The notes under the pieces were generated by a model, which was given only the letters and a program-made list of their open reading frames with translations, did not search any database and was not told the DNA's origin. DNA of 64,000 nt from Zootoca vivipara (taxonomy: Eukaryota): contig NC_083292.1 in assembly GCF_963506605.1 (NCBI RefSeq), forward strand, positions 15,004,001-15,068,000. The letters are read 5' to 3'. Positions 22,065-33,480 of the stretch are shown here, piece by piece (position 1 is the stretch's first letter; each line of letters starts with the position of its first letter). The translations under genes and the position numbers were made by a program.

Positions 22065-25000
22065 TTTATTTATACCCCGCCCATCTGGCCGGGTTCCCCC
22101 AGCCACTCTGGGCGGCTTCCAACAAAACATTAAAATACAGAAATCAAACATTAAAAGCTTCCCTAAACAGAGCTGCCTTGAGATGCCTTCTAAAGGTCTG
22201 GTAATTGTTGTTCTCTTGGACCTCTGGTGGGAGGGCATTCCACAGGGTGGGTGCCACTACCGAGAAGGCCCTCTGCCTGGTTCCCTGTAACTTGGCTTCT
22301 CGTAGCGAGGGAACCGCCAGAAGACCCTCAGCACTGGACCTCAGTGTCCGGGCAGAACGATGGGGGTGAAGACGCTCCTTCAGGTATACTGGACCGAGGC
22401 CGTTTAGGGCAGGGGTCAGCAAACTTTTTCAGCAGGGGGCCGGTCCACTGTCCCTCAGACATGTGGGGGACCGGACTATATTTTGAAAAATAATATGAAG
22501 AAATTCCTATGCCCCACAAATAACCCAGAGATGCATTTTAAATAAAAGGACACATTCTACTCCTGTAAAAACATGCTGATTCCCAGACTGTCCGTGGGCC
22601 GGATTTAGAAGGCGATTGGGCCGCATCCAGCCCCCGGGCCTTAGTTTGGGGACCCCTGGTTTAGGGTTTTAAAGGTCAGCACCAACACTTTGAATTGTGC
22701 TCGGAAACGTACTGGGAGCCAATGTAGATCTTTCAAGACCGGTGTTATGTGGTCTCGGCGGCCACTCCCAGTCACCAGTCTAGCTGCCGCATTTTGGATT
22801 AATTGCAGTTTCCGGGTCACCTTCAAAGGTAGCCCCACGTAGAGTGCATTGCAGTAGTCCAAGCTAGAGATAACTAGAGCATGCACCACTCAAACATTTG
22901 GAAGGTGAAAAAGTGTAAGCAAAAGAGAAAAATGGCTTGGTTTTCTTGCTGGTGGCCACCAAGTCCTTGGCAGGAGAGAAAGTAGTATACAAATTCCAAA
23001 GCCGCCTTTAAACCTTTCCCACTCCTCTTGCCCTCTTCCTTACCCTTTAAGTGGTGGGGGGAATGTTATTGGGGTGTGTGCTGATCCTGCCTGCTCTTTT
23101 TCTTCAGTTCAGGCCGAGGTGATTCCAGCCATCTTGGAAAGCGGGTTTTTGGCCGGGAGAGGTGGCTACCAGCCCAGTGATATCTGCGTCTCAGCCCCCA
23201 CCGGCAGTGGCAAGACCCTGGCTTTTGTCATTCCGGTGGTGCAGGTGAGTTTTGGGTGAATTAAGAGAGCTGCTGGCTGGTGTGTGTTCTGTGCCAAAGT
23301 AGCCTCCAGCTGTGAAACCCAGTGTGTGCAATTACAAGGGGTAGTACCAGGCTGGTGAATTTGGAAAGTGCTGTCTCAAAGGACCCCCCAGCACTTGGGG
23401 CGCATGGAGATGTGACTTAATGGGACTGTGTGTCCATTTAGCTCTCTTGGTTGCTTTTCCCACACCCCATTTGTGTAGACTGAGGAGCAGGAGACACCCA
23501 TCTCTTCCTGATCGCTGGCCTTTGTATTTTCAGGCTCTGTTAGACCGAGTCGTCTGCCGTGTGCGAGCTCTGGCCGTCCTGCCCACCAAGGAACTGGCCC
23601 AGCAGGTGCGTTACAGAGGAGAGATTTGGTGGTGGTGGTGGTGGTGGTGGGTGTTCTGCCTAGGGCAGTGTTCTTTCTGGATCTGGAGCCAATAAGCATC
23701 CCGGTGGGTGAAGGAAAACCAATGCTTTATTTGTGTAAGGTCAAAGAAATAACAGCAGGCATACATAATGCAAATAACGGCTTACCAGACAGGAGTTACA
23801 CACAATCTCCCCTTCAGCTGTCCGGAGCCCCAGGTAGAGCAGTGAGAGAGACCCCGGCCGACAACATCGCGTACCTCAATCTGTGAAGAAGCTCACTGAG
23901 CCTCTTCAGCCTACAGCTTTTATAGCCCACTTTGATGTAATTGAGTGCACCTGGTTAGTAGGCATCACTCATGGTCAGCCCAGGATACTGGGTACGACTA
24001 ATGAGGAGCAGCTGAGAGTCTCCCACTCACGGCAACTGGGTATCCTCCCCACTAGCCAATCAGCACTTGGAACACAGGAGACCCAGGAAACTCCTGACAC
24101 ATTTATTATTATTATTATTACTTATTATTTATACCCCGCCCATCTGGCTGGGTTTCCCCTGCCACCCTGGGCGGCTTCCAACAAATACCAAAATACATTA
24201 AAATATCACAGATTAAAAACTTCCCTAAACAGGGCTGCCTTTAGGTGTTTTCTAAATGTCAAGTAGTTGTTTATCTCCTTGACCTCCAATGGGAGGGCGT
24301 TCCAAAGGGCGGGCGCCACTACCGAGAAGGCCCTCTGCCTGGTTCCCTGTAGCTTTGCTTCTCGCAGTGAGGGAACCGCCAGAAGGCCCTCAGCGCTGGA
24401 TCTCAGTGCCCGGGCTGAACGATGGGGGTGGAGACGCTCCTTCAGGTTTATAGGACCGAGGCCGTTTAAGGCTTTAAAGGTCAGCACCAACGCTTTGAAT
24501 TGTGCTCGGAAACGTACTGGGAGCCAATGTTGGTCTTTTAGGACCGGTGTTATGTGGTCTTGGCGGCCGCTCCCAGTCACCAGTCTAGCTACCGCATTCT
24601 GGATTAATTGCAGTTTCCGGGTCACTTTCAAAGGTAGCCCCACGTAGAGCGCATTGCAGTAGTCCGAGTGGGAGATAACTAGAGCATGCACCACTCTGGT
24701 GAGACAGTCTGCGGGCAGGTAGGGTCTCAACCTGCGTACCAGATGGAGCTGGTAGACAGCCGCCCTGGACACAGAATTAACCTGTGTCTCCATGGACAGC
24801 TGTGAGTCCAAAATGACTCCCAGGCTGTGGCACCTGGTCCTTCAGGGCACAGTTATCCCATTCAGGACCAGGGAGTCCTCCACACACAGGTGTGTGAAAA
24901 GCAAATTATACTATCATAAATCAGCAAACCTTCAACCGGGGGTCATGTAAAAGAGAAAAGACATGTCACCTAACCAATTACAATGGTCTTCCGCGTTTCC

Positions 25001-28000
25001 TCTACAGGTGGCTTTTGACTCCAGCTGTGAGTTTATCCCAATTGGATTTTTCGATGTGTAGGATGTGTGGTCAGCATCAGGAATGCGTTATCTAGTTCAT
25101 AAGTGATTAGACTGGCTTAACAGTGCTGCACAATCTTGTTCTTCAGATTTTATACCGCCACCCCTCTTACAAATACTCACTGCATAAGTTTCGCCTTTGT
25201 ACTCTTCTCTCCTTCCCTCATAATGCTAGAAATCAAGATCCCCCCCGTTTAAGGGATCGGCGGTAAATTCAAGACAGGCAAATACAGATAGGTATACTTT
25301 TTTAACTCTCACAATGCACAGTACTGCCCCCAGAAGCTATTACCCTCACCAGTCACTGGCTCAGATGAGAGGGAATTCACAGAGCAGCCAAGACCTGTCT
25401 CCAGGTACGAGGCAGGATGGCTAAATAGAACCTCTGGGTTCAGAAGCAGTCTACCTCAGAATACCAGTCAGGGAAGGCCCGTTACCTTCCTGCTTTGTGG
25501 AGGGGGGATCTGTTGCAGAAGCATCTGTTAGGCTCTGTAAGTAGAAGCAACAACACAAGAGAAGGGCCCTGCTGAACCCGTTGCCATGTGTCAGAAGTGC
25601 AAAGGACCATTTAAATAAACATTCACAATTTTATGGACAGGGAACAAATATTGTAACAAAGTGAAAATATGATGTATTGTAAAAAAAAACAGCAGAATAT
25701 AATAATGGGGATAGTAAATCAGAAATGGAAGTTGAGGGAAGTCCAAAGGGAGGGAAGGGGAGATGTTATGCAAATTGTCTATTATGGATATAAGTATATT
25801 TGTGATGAGAGAAAAGAAAAGAAAAGAAAATTAAAAAGTGCAAAGGACCAGGCATTTTGGGAACTGTCAAGAGCCGGATTTTTGCCTTTGCTCTTCTTGC
25901 CTCCGTTTGGCCCTGAAGGTGTGTTTTGTGCCTTGCTGCTCCTGAGAGGCAGCCATGTTCCCTCTAGGCCTCTGATTCTCTCCTCTCCACAGGTGAATAA
26001 AGTATTCAACATTTACACTGACGGGACAGGGCTGAAAGTGGTCCAGCTCACCGGGCAGAAATCGTTTGCAAAGGAGCAGGAGTCGCTCGCCGAGGAGACG
26101 TAAGTTCACCTTCTCTTGGTTTGGCTTTGCACGCCAACCTCCTCCTTGCATCTTGGCCCAGGAAGCTGAGCCCACAGCAGCAGCAGAGAGAGGCCTCCAT
26201 CTTCTTCCTTAGCAATGGGCGCAAGTGGGAGGCTGTCTGGTGCTGCTGCTGCTCTGTAAATCACACTCCTCTTCACTGCCTCTGGTGCTTTTTTTTCCAG
26301 GCTTACGGGATTTCGTAGCCTGGCAGACATTGTCGTGGCCACTCCTGGGCGCCTCGTGGATCATCTTCAGCAGAGCCCCCAGTTCAGCCTGAAAGAACTT
26401 CGCTTCCTGGTGAGAGGAATCCCTCTTCCCCCCCCCCTCATGTTTGGGGATCGCATAACATGCAATGTTGTGGCTGGAAAGGCCCTTAAAGTAGGCATTA
26501 CTACCCCCTGGGGGCAGGGGTAAGTTACTTTGAAAATGCTGACATCGGTGGGTCAGGTTCATCAGTTTTGTTGACTCACTTAAACTGGTAAATAGTTTTA
26601 ACTGGATTTTGAATAAATGTGCAATTAAATGTTGCCGTTTTGAATTTTATTGTGCTGTTACCTTCCGTAGAGGGTCATGCAAACTGCTACAGTGGTACCT
26701 CGGTTCTCGAACGTAATCCATTCCGGAAGACTGTTCGACTTCCGAAACGTTCGAAAACCGAGGTGTAAAAGGCTGGCTGCAAATGCAATTGAGAAAATGG
26801 AAAAGCATGCAGCGGAAGCCATTCAACTTCCGAGGCATGTTCGAAAATGGAAGCATTTATTTCTGGGTTTTTGGCATTCGGCTTCCGAAATGTTCGACAA
26901 CGGAGACATTTGAGAACCGAGGTACCCCTGTATTCTGAATGCTTTTTATAGGGTAGGGGGACACAGGAGATGAGTTTATGGAACCAAGGAGGCGGTGGGT
27001 GGGAAAAGTTAGGGAACCACTGATATAAGGGGTTAGGGTGGTAGACTGTGACACGGTGTCCCTGTTACATAAAATGTGACTTATAATAGCCTCATAACTT
27101 GCATTGCTTCCTTCTCCCACAAATGTCCATTCTTTAATGCACGGTTCAGACAGCTGCTTCCTGGATGAAAGCGCCTCTCTCGCTGGCCCTGCTTTGAGGC
27201 TCTCCTCCCTACAGGCTGGGCTCCCAGTCACACGCAGCTCCACCACGAGTGTAAAGGCAACGGGACTCCTCAGGCCAAAGGGAACCCCCCCTTCCTTTCC
27301 CCCTCCCAGCAGACCTTGGCAAGGCAATGACAGCTACGGCTGCAAAGCTCTCTGCAGTGCCAGAGGTCGCGAGCCTCCCCTGACTGCCTCTCTTTTGCCC
27401 ATGAGCACAGATAATTGACGAAGCCGATCGCATGATTGACAACATGCACCAGGACTGGCTACGGCAGGTGGTGGCGGCAGCTCACTCGGCGGTGGAAGAG
27501 GGCTTTGGCACCCCGCAGCTGTTCAGGAGAGCCGAGCAGGGGCCCCTCACGGCAGCCAGGTACGTCGGCTGCGTCGGAGAGGGGAAGGAGAAGGCAACTT
27601 GCAGGGCAGGGAGTGGTGAGAAGGATTGGCAGAGGGTCCCTTCTAACTCCTGGAAGCACAGCCAGCTCCTCCTAGGAGTCAGGCCTTGAGCAGAAACAGT
27701 CCACTGTGTTGTGGAGGGTCCCTTTGCTCGGAATGTGACCCCAAAGGCCACCTTGTGGATGCCAAACCCCTGAATATCATGGAGCTGGCCTGAGAAGGGT
27801 GTGTGGAGCAGAGGGGCACTGGAAAAGCCCCTCATTTGCTTGTGTTTGGGTCCAGAGGTCTGTCCCACCCAGTGCCTTTTGCTTTCCAGAGCTGGCTGCC
27901 CCCACGTCCCCCTGCAGAAACTCCTCTTCTCAGCCACCCTGACAAGGAACCCCGAAAAGCTGCAGCCGCTGGGCCTGTACCGGCCTCGCCTCTTCACACC

Positions 28001-28870
28001 CATCTCCTTGGAGGAGAAGGCGACGGAGACCACGAAGAAGTACGCCCTCCCAGAGGGGCTCTCGGTAAGAGGCGGGGCTTGCAGGCAGCCCACCCACCTA
28101 CCGCTCTGGTTCTGGCAGAGCCGGGAAGGCATGTTTGGCCAGGGGGTGGGGACGTGAATGGTGAGAAGGTGCCCTTTTGGGACAGCACCAGCCCTTCCCT
28201 CCAGACTGGAGGGCAAATTGGGTTGAGGGAGGCAGAAGGCCCCATTCCTTGGCAACGGCAGCAGGTGCCTCAAGACCCAGGCAGCTCTATGTAGGGCTTG
28301 GGGGCTCAGAAGTTGTATCCCTGGGAGGGCAGGAATGCACAAAAAGGTTTGCGTTTCTTCTTCAGCTGCATCATTTCTTTCTTGCATCTTCAACCAAAGC
28401 TTATGTTCTCAGGCAGCTAACAAAGTAGTAAGAGAGAATAAAGAGAATAACATAGGAAATAATAATAGAAGACTTAGAAAGAAGGCAGCAAGCTGGCTGG
28501 TCACTGGTTTAGGGACTCAGCCCTGGTGGTTTGTCGGGGAGGGGGTGATTTTGTGGCTTGAATATCAGAGAGGCAAATGCAGAAGAGTCGCTGCTTCTAA
28601 ATTGGGGTGTCCATAATGGATTCCCCCCCCCACTTTTGGGGGGAGGGGTGTTACTGGGTTGTTTCTATTTTGATTATATATAATGTGGTTTTAAGGTTGA
28701 TCTATACCTGACATCTCCTGGTATAGGGCGGTATGTAAATAACAACAACAACAGGTAATGATGATAAAAAATAAAAAATAAATGGCTTAATGTATGAAAA
28801 CTGCTGGTCTAGAAACATAGTGGATGTTGTCAATTCTGAAATGAAAAGGATGTTTTGCGAGAAACACACC

Positions 28871-28907
<37 letters not shown>

Positions 28908-31241
28908 TATTATTTATACCCCACCCATCCGGCTGGGTTTCCCCAGCCACTCTGGGCGGCTTCCAACAAAGATTAAAATACATTAAAATGTCACACATTA
29001 AAAACTTCCCTAAACACTGACCTAGTCTTGAATTGTTCACTGGAGACACTGTCTCTTATCATCTGAGAGTCAGGAGTGTCAGCCCGTGAGCCTGTCCTGT
29101 TCCTTGGCCCAAAGTGACCCTCCTCGTCTTCTCAAAGGAACTGGGCAAAAAGCACAAACGGCTCTTCTTTCCTCTTCCCGCCATAGCAATACTACGTGCC
29201 CTGCAGCCTACGCTGGAAGCCCCTCTTCCTCTTGCATTTCCTGCTGCGGCTGAAGTTCTCCCGCGTCCTCTGCTTCACCAACAGCAGGGACACGTCACAC
29301 AGGTGAGGCCGTGCAGAGGGAGCAGTGGGCTGGACTGCCTCCCATCTTTGCGGGCTAGGCTTGAACTTCCATAGGAAGCCGACAGAGCACTGGTCCCATC
29401 TGCTGAGACTGAGGATCCTTTGGAGTCTCAGCAGCCCTCCTGGGAGGGGCTGGCCCTTGATCCTGGGATCCCCTTCCTCTGCCTGCAGAGCAGGGGCTCT
29501 GCCGCTGGTCTGTGCCCCCCCCCACCTTTTGTTCTCTCTCTCCACCACCCCAGGCTCTTTCTACTGCTTCGAGCCTTTGGTGGCGTGAACGTGGCCGAGT
29601 TCTCTTCCAGGCTGAATCCAAGGCAAAGGAAGCTGACACTGAAGGAATTTGAACAAGGGAAGATCCAGCTGTGAGTATCTCCAGGGCAAGGGGGGCGCTG
29701 GCCACATCCTTATGTCTCAGTTGCACATCACACACTGGCTGCCCCTTGATCTCCAGATGTGCAGTGGTGGTAAGTTTCTGGCACAGTTGGGAGCCGAGTT
29801 GAGCCAGAAGAGGACGCACCTTTCGTGGGATGTCTCTCTTCTTCACAACACCAGAAGAAACTGTGCGAGCTGGGCCTCTTTACAGCAGCGGCCTGCTTCT
29901 GTCTACATGACAGGAGGTTGATTTCCCCAACCCACTGTCACGATTTCCTTCACGGCGCTTTAGCAGAAATGCTCAGAGTTACAGGTTCTTCAGTGCAGTA
30001 TATTTATTGTGAGCTATATACAAATATCTACAGGTTATGATACACGAGCAGTTCATACAAATAAGCAGGATACCTGGCTGCACGTTAAGGCATGTAGGAA
30101 AACTTCTCTCTCTAAACCAGGGGTAGGCAACCTCAGGCCCGTGGCTGGATGCGGCCCAATCGCCTTCTCAATCCAGCCCGCGGACGGTCTGGGAATCAGT
30201 ATGTTTTTACATGAGTAGAATGTGTGCTTTTATTTAAAATGCATCTCTGGGTTTTTTGTGAGGCATAGGAATTTGTTCATTTTTTTCTTCTAAATATAGT
30301 CCGGCCCACCACATGGTCTGAGGGACGGTGGACTAGCCCACGGCTGCAAAAGGGTTGCTTACCCCTGCTCTAAACCTCTCACTGACCACACCATAGTCGT
30401 CAACTCCCGGATTGAAAAATAAGGGATCAGCAGTGGCGCGGCACCGGAAGTCACTTCTACACATGTCCAGACATGCGCAGAAGGAGCCTCCCTGGCCGGT
30501 AGGAGCTGCTTTCTAAATCCGGGGGATTTACGGGATTTTTTTCAATTCGGGATAACGGTGGGAAATGGGTTTAAATACGGGGGTTTCCCGCGAAAAACGG
30601 GAGACTTGACAGCTATGGACCACATCCTTCTACACCACACTCACTGCTGGAAAGGTTTCCCTTTTAAACCAATGACAGCCAATCAACTGACAGCACATTA
30701 CTGCTGAGTCATTCTGACCCAGCACTCCTATAGAGAGCATTGCAGCAGCCAGTTGCAGCAGCTAGTTTCACTTTACAGTACTAGTACACTCAGACCTGCA
30801 GACTTACTATCTTACACAGCAATCTGTGGATCCCAACACCCACCACACCACAAGCCCCCAGTTCTTTCTTTGCAGACCAAGCATCTCTTTAGTGGCTGCG
30901 CTCAAATCTGCTGGGGTGACAGCGATTTCTCTCCTCAACACTCAGGTTAATCAGCACAGACGCCACAGCCCGAGGAATCGACATTGGTGGAGTGAAATGC
31001 GTCATCAGCTACGATGCTCCTCAGTTCATCAGGACCTACATTCACCGGTAATTCCTTCAGAGGGAGGCTTTCAAATAATGTGAACGAGTTTCCTTTTTCC
31101 ACAGGCAGCTTGGGGGTGGGGGTCCAGAAGTGGCAGCTCCTGGAAAAGGCCAACCTTCCTCTCTCTGTTTTCAGAGTGGGCAGAACAGCTCGTGCAGGGA
31201 AAGCGGGACTGGCCTTCACCATGGTGCTGAAACAGCAGGTA

Positions 31242-31295
<54 letters not shown>

Positions 31296-32744
31296 TATAT
31301 GCCGCCCATCATACTGGGTCTCCCCAGCCACTCTGGGCAGCTTCTGACCAATTATAAAAGGTAAAGGACCCTTGATAGTAAAGTCCAGTCACGAACTACT
31401 CTGGGGTTGCGGCTCTCATCTTGCTTTACTGGCCGAGGGAGCTGGCGTTTGTCTGCAGACAGTTTTTCCGGGTCATGTGACCAGCATGACTAAGCCGCTT
31501 CTGGCGAAACCAGAGCAGCGCATGGAAACACCATTTACCTTCCCGCCAGAGTGGTACCTATTTATCTACTTTCACTTTGACGTGCTTTCGAACTGCTAGG
31601 TTGGCAGGAGCTGGGACAAAGCAATGGGAGCTCACCCCGTCGCGGGGATTCAAACCGCCGACCTTTCGATCGGCAAGCCCAAGCCTTAGTGGTTTACACC
31701 ACAGCGCCACCCACATCCCCTGACAAATTATAAAACCACAGTAAAACCTCATACAATTAAAATCTACGTTCAGGTGCCTTCGGAAAGTCAGATAGATGTT
31801 TATTTCCTTGACATCTGAATGGAGGGTGTTCCATAGGGCAGGCTTCCTCAATCTCGGCCCTCCAGATGTTTTTGAGACTACAATTCCCATCGTCCCTGAC
31901 CACTGGTCCTGCTAGCTAGGGATCATGGGAGTTGTAGGCCAAAAACATCTGGAGGGCTGAGGTTGAGGAAGCCTGCCATAGAGTACCAAGAGAGTTCTCT
32001 GTCTGGTTCCCTGTAATCTCACTCCTTGTAATGAGGGAACCACCAGAAGGACCTCAGTGGTCTATTGTGTGGGGCAGGGAGGCTGAGAGGCTGCCACATG
32101 TTCCCATCCCTCTCCGAAGTAACCCAGATGCTACATTCCGGGTGCCTTTGCACAGATGGAAGTCCTCGTAGTGAGGTCTCCTGTGGCTCAGACAGGCTCT
32201 GCTTCAAGGACTTCTGTGGCAACAACTGGGGTAGAAAATAGCCCACAGAACAGCAGGGTGGCAGGGAGTGGGCTTCATGGACACTGGATTGCTGGATGCC
32301 CAGCTCAGCTGCCCGTCAGTCCACACCCAGGGCCTCTTCCACTGAATTTAGGTGATTGGTCAGTAGGACCCTTTCACAGCTTTCTGTAGTGTGGGTTTTG
32401 GAATGCAGCACGGTGTCCACATCCTCCTTTGCTTTCCAGGAGAGGAAGTTTCTGAAGATGCTGAGGGAAGCCGGTCTTCCTGAGTTGGAGCAGCAGCTGG
32501 TGAAGAACACGTCCCTCCAGCCACTCCTCCCACAGTATGAGGAAGCCTTGGCAGACCTCCAGAAGATAATGAAGGTATCCATAGCTCCACGCAGGAATTT
32601 GCGCTGATAAGCCAAGGCTGTTGAGCATGCATTTGTGCTTCTTTAGATTCCAAAATGCTGCTTCTGGTCTCTGGGGTGTCCGAGATGGGCCTAATCACCT
32701 CCTCTTTCCCTCCACAGGAGGAGCGAGCTGAGAAGAGATCTTGA
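10991..32744 (+). CDS. DDX51: DEAD-box helicase DDX51 (Dbp6 orthologue), 686 aa, 16 exons: 10991-11013, 12584-12954, 14144-14349, 15344-15494, 23108-23244, 23534-23605, 25993-26099, 26301-26409, 27411-27559, 27890-28064, 29187-29302, 29554-29670, 30946-31047, 31175-31238, 32440-32574, 32718-32744
   Basis: Phases join into a 2061-nt ORF starting [11 protein letters not shown]. Motifs: Q (LFPVQ), [24 protein letters not shown] (IIDEADRM), SAT, ARGID, HRVGRTAR. All introns are GT-AG. Confidence 0.96.
14682..15034 (+). mobile_element. Sauria SINE, full length
   Basis: tRNA-like head with GGTTCGAATCC B-box, (ACCTTT)n tail, TATAGCTT flanking duplication. Confidence 0.88.
16220..16647 (-). repeat. 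3' LTR (428 bp) with tandem AATAAA signals at 16284-16289 and 16276-16281
   Basis: Identical by eye to the 5' LTR; preceded on the - strand by the PPT. Confidence 0.96.
16344..20471 (-). CDS. pol: Pol (protease, RT, RNase H, integrase, chromodomain, long C-terminal tail), expressed by -1 frameshift
   Basis: LIDSGA protease; KLDLRGAY / VMPFGL / FLDD RT; ETDAS / DRELLA / TDHKNL / ADALSR RNase H; HHCC plus D,D35E integrase; GPF motif; ILDSRW...YLMAW...NEW chromodomain. The frame is open without stops from the slippery site to TGA at 16344-16346. Confidence 0.95.
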   Translation of the reverse strand, partial: GKRESLAAGDKGQQPGTVSRQQPQPAHPHREVQSQPTPPRAGVVLEVTLTLPNGYPLTVLALIDSGASANFFSRSFAEEHQIQLLQLDFPLHVATIDGRELLGGAITHQTPPMRMTVGRHSETLAFNVTTISDPPIVLGMSWLARHDPSISWHQRCITFGSDFCLEHCMQHQPGEGPPIATVATMHIKGGEAIPKQYWDLQEVFSEAESDHLPPHRPFDCQINLVPGATIPPAKLYAMSDQELEDLRAFIDKNLKRGFIRESKAAGGSPVFWVDKKDTQQRRLVVDFRRLNSVTEPVAFPMPRVDDLLTAARRGKIFTKLDLRGAYNLIRIREGDEWKTTMFTPLGSFEYLVMPFGLQGGSACFQAFMHHVLGSLLFRKCLVFLDDILIYSNDPVQHVKDVREVLQRLKENHLYVKLEKCKFHTKEVDFLGYKLSDKGLAMDKDKVQAILDWHSPRTRKDAQRLLGFANFYRKFIKNFSRVTAPITDCLRGKQKFKWTPEAQAAFESLKRVFASDQNLFHVVQDAPLRIETDASEKAVGAILLQLDANREWRPCAFFSRKLTQPERNYTVFDRELLAIYAAFQHWRHFLVGAKHPIQVCTDHKNLEFWRTARVLNQRQIRWAEFFSNFNFSIHYIPGEQNVRADALSRKPEYMEEEAPPAPRHIFPPSAWSCGAAVVSEAELTALTAADEFANRIFRELRGGREQAKDFAERRGLLFYKGALYLPTTQLRRTVLKQMHDNPTAGHFGRDKTAHLVMRHFWWPGVREDVRDYVRGCTTCQRAKVVRAAPPGLLEPLATPHRPWEVVSMDFITDLPSSRGKTAVLVVVDLMSKMCHFIPCARAVSAEETAKLFVDHIFRLHGLPLRVISDRGRQFVSRFWRRLMNLLQVEVSLSTARHPQTNGQAERVNAILQQYLRCYVSQRQTDWVDRLPLAEFAYNNAVHVSTGVSPFKANYGRDLRSFPEREREEEEEEGPQAEDWAEELETVHQQLREHLERAKEAYKKGADRHRRQGEVIRVGDKVWLSSEGLPTRGRCKKLAPKRLGPFTVTQQVNPVAYRLALPEDMRVHPVFHRSLLSPYRESSRLRDSEQTPEGGGEREGREQLNEATAILDSRWGVGGLEYLMAWEDAPPSQNEWVPATQIQEEFLVEEFHALFPHRPKPWHMEREGEEEEARESSSPWRWEAEFEEPEDEVWVSPRSTQSEEGADWQNVFTPTSSDATDFLGFPSAQAEGGGSQDWGEVFTPTGSESTEFLGFQSSPTHGGGLGRGEGELGRGVDVRDRGYREVPPLLSSSPSPSKGESRESSDSSGEAGSRVRGSGKVEEPGSQVGQEGASKGGRPIPPTPELRRKRRGKRMGLPKLLCWRKTRQKPLGGSETD
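16648..16661 (-). promoter_or_regulatory. Polypurine tract GGGAGGGGGGTGGA
   Basis: Purine run directly abutting the 3' LTR. Confidence 0.85.
20336..21562 (-). CDS. gag: Gag (408 aa from ATG): coiled coil, PEG10/RTL-like capsid, CCHC zinc knuckle
   Basis: [11 protein letters not shown]...; KFNGDPKEF...[17 protein letters not shown] capsid motif; EPMQID; [14 protein letters not shown] (Cx2Cx4Hx4C). Confidence 0.93.
   Translation of the reverse strand: MSVSEAEKWRQIAEQAQLELQQLSLQAQGELKAAKEETKKVQDDRLQLAEQVRELQEKEQHLRAVAVDLQNKLDAEKNKAGGAPQVQVLPGRRAGTLVSKFNGDPKEFQGFETEIVYALELHQNEFPDDEHRVAFIVEHLTGAAREWLRPLIATKNPCMKNVQQFLEGLRTMYSSDSHLDQTKEELHNLRQGNMTVRAYWAKFTMLVHRLGWVLDSPPMQAAFYLGLSEEVKDELSRGPKPSTMDQLSKAALAVGVRQESRWNDKQATRAKRAWFPRSQEKPLPQQPFQATPGASQDQEPMQIDSARARAFQTPAAPRRKEGRGGNCFLCNSPQHLVRDCPHRREWQGKAGTVVPSPTDAAPQQGNGKAWLQETRGSSQAQSADNSPSPPTRTERCRASPPLPEQEWF
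20402..20471 (-). promoter_or_regulatory. -1 ribosomal frameshift signal: G GGA AAC + 6-nt spacer + 10-bp stem / putative pseudoknot
   Basis: Heptamer at 20471-20465 in the gag frame; stem GCCTGGCTGC/GCAGCCAGGC (20458-20449 / 20433-20424); pol is in the -1 frame. Confidence 0.88.
21592..21602 (-). promoter_or_regulatory. Self-priming primer binding site (AACCTCCTAAT)
   Basis: No TGG tRNA-type PBS. An 11-nt perfect complement lies inside the LTR (21743-21753). Confidence 0.85.
21605..22032 (-). repeat. 5' LTR (428 bp)
   Basis: Direct repeat of 16220-16647; on the - strand it starts TGTGAGG and ends TGTGACA. Confidence 0.96.
22033..22890 (-). mobile_element. L2 LINE 3' fragment; its (TAA)n tail is split by the gypsy element and its body is interrupted by a hAT MITE
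   Basis: [20 protein letters not shown]...[11 protein letters not shown]...[17 protein letters not shown]; the remainder of the tail is at 16198-16219. Confidence 0.9.
22410..22658. mobile_element. ~250-bp hAT (Charlie-like) MITE
   Basis: CAGGGGTC...GACCCCTG termini; TSD GTTTAGGG. Confidence 0.88.
24101..24885 (-). mobile_element. L2 LINE 3' fragment
   Basis: 201-aa ORF 24206-24811 with L2 RT C-terminal motifs; (TTA)n tail. Confidence 0.9.
30118..30367. mobile_element. ~250-bp hAT MITE (same family as 22410, opposite orientation)
   Basis: CAGGGGTA...TACCCCTG; TSD CTCTAAAC. Confidence 0.88.
31356..31720 (-). mobile_element. Sauria SINE
   Basis: Reverse complement of the 14682 copy, inserted in an L2 fragment. 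Confidence 0.85.
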
Positions 32745-33160
32745 GCAAGTCCAGGCAAGCCAGAGACGTCCTGCTGAGAATAATCAGGGGGCTGGAACTC
32801 TTAACTTTGTGGTTTGGATTCCAATGTCTTGAGTACACAATGGCATTCAGAAGCAAACACTAAGTCTTAAGAGCTCCTGGAAGTATCAAGATACGGAAGG
32901 GAGAGCCAACTGCCAGCCTACTATCGTCAAGGCCACCTCTTGCTCCCTCAAAGACCAGCGGAACATGCCTTAGCTTGTAAATAAGGGCTCTTTCTACCTG
33001 CGAGCCAAAGAACTGCCAGCCTTTCCCTGTGAGGGGCACTAATTCTCACTAAGCCTTGCCTATCCAAGTGCTACTCCCTCATGGCCAAAAGAGGGGATCA
33101 AAGGTTGCTGAGCCCAACTGGGCTTTAAGAGCGAGGGCTCCATCTCAGGGAGAAGTTTTA

Positions 33161-33166
33161 AATAAA
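33161..33166 (+). terminator. DDX51 polyadenylation signal
   Basis: AATAAA ~420 nt after the stop, followed by a (GT/T)-rich downstream element. Confidence 0.65.
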
Positions 33167-33480
33167 GAAATAATCCTGTGCCTTCTGGAGCAGGCAAGAT
33201 GTCTCCCTCTTTGTGTGTTTGTTTGTGTGTGTTTGCTTTGCTGTTTTTAAAAGAAAAGTGCCCTTCCTCCAGAGCTGTTGAACTACAGCTCCCATCATCC
33301 CTTGCTGGCCATGCTGGTGAAGTCCCAGGACTCTCTGTGTGTGCTAAGACTGGACTTCAGGAAGTTGCCCTCACCTTTTCCCTGCTGCAGGAGATCTCCT
33401 TTTGGAAAGCAAGAAAGCTAAAACCAGCCCCCCTGCAGTTCCACTGTTGTAAAGGTTACCTTGTGGAGACAGGCAGCAGA

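Noticed and set aside
21729-22238. 169-aa ORF fusing L2 tail, poly-Ile and LTR frame
   Set aside because: Chance in-frame junction of the (ATT)n tail with the coding U3 of the 5' LTR; it lies upstream of the predicted transcription start.
23650-24100. Possible solo LTR (also ~29936-30816)
   Set aside because: TG...CA ends and minus-strand AATAAA are suggestive, but no TSD or second copy was found.
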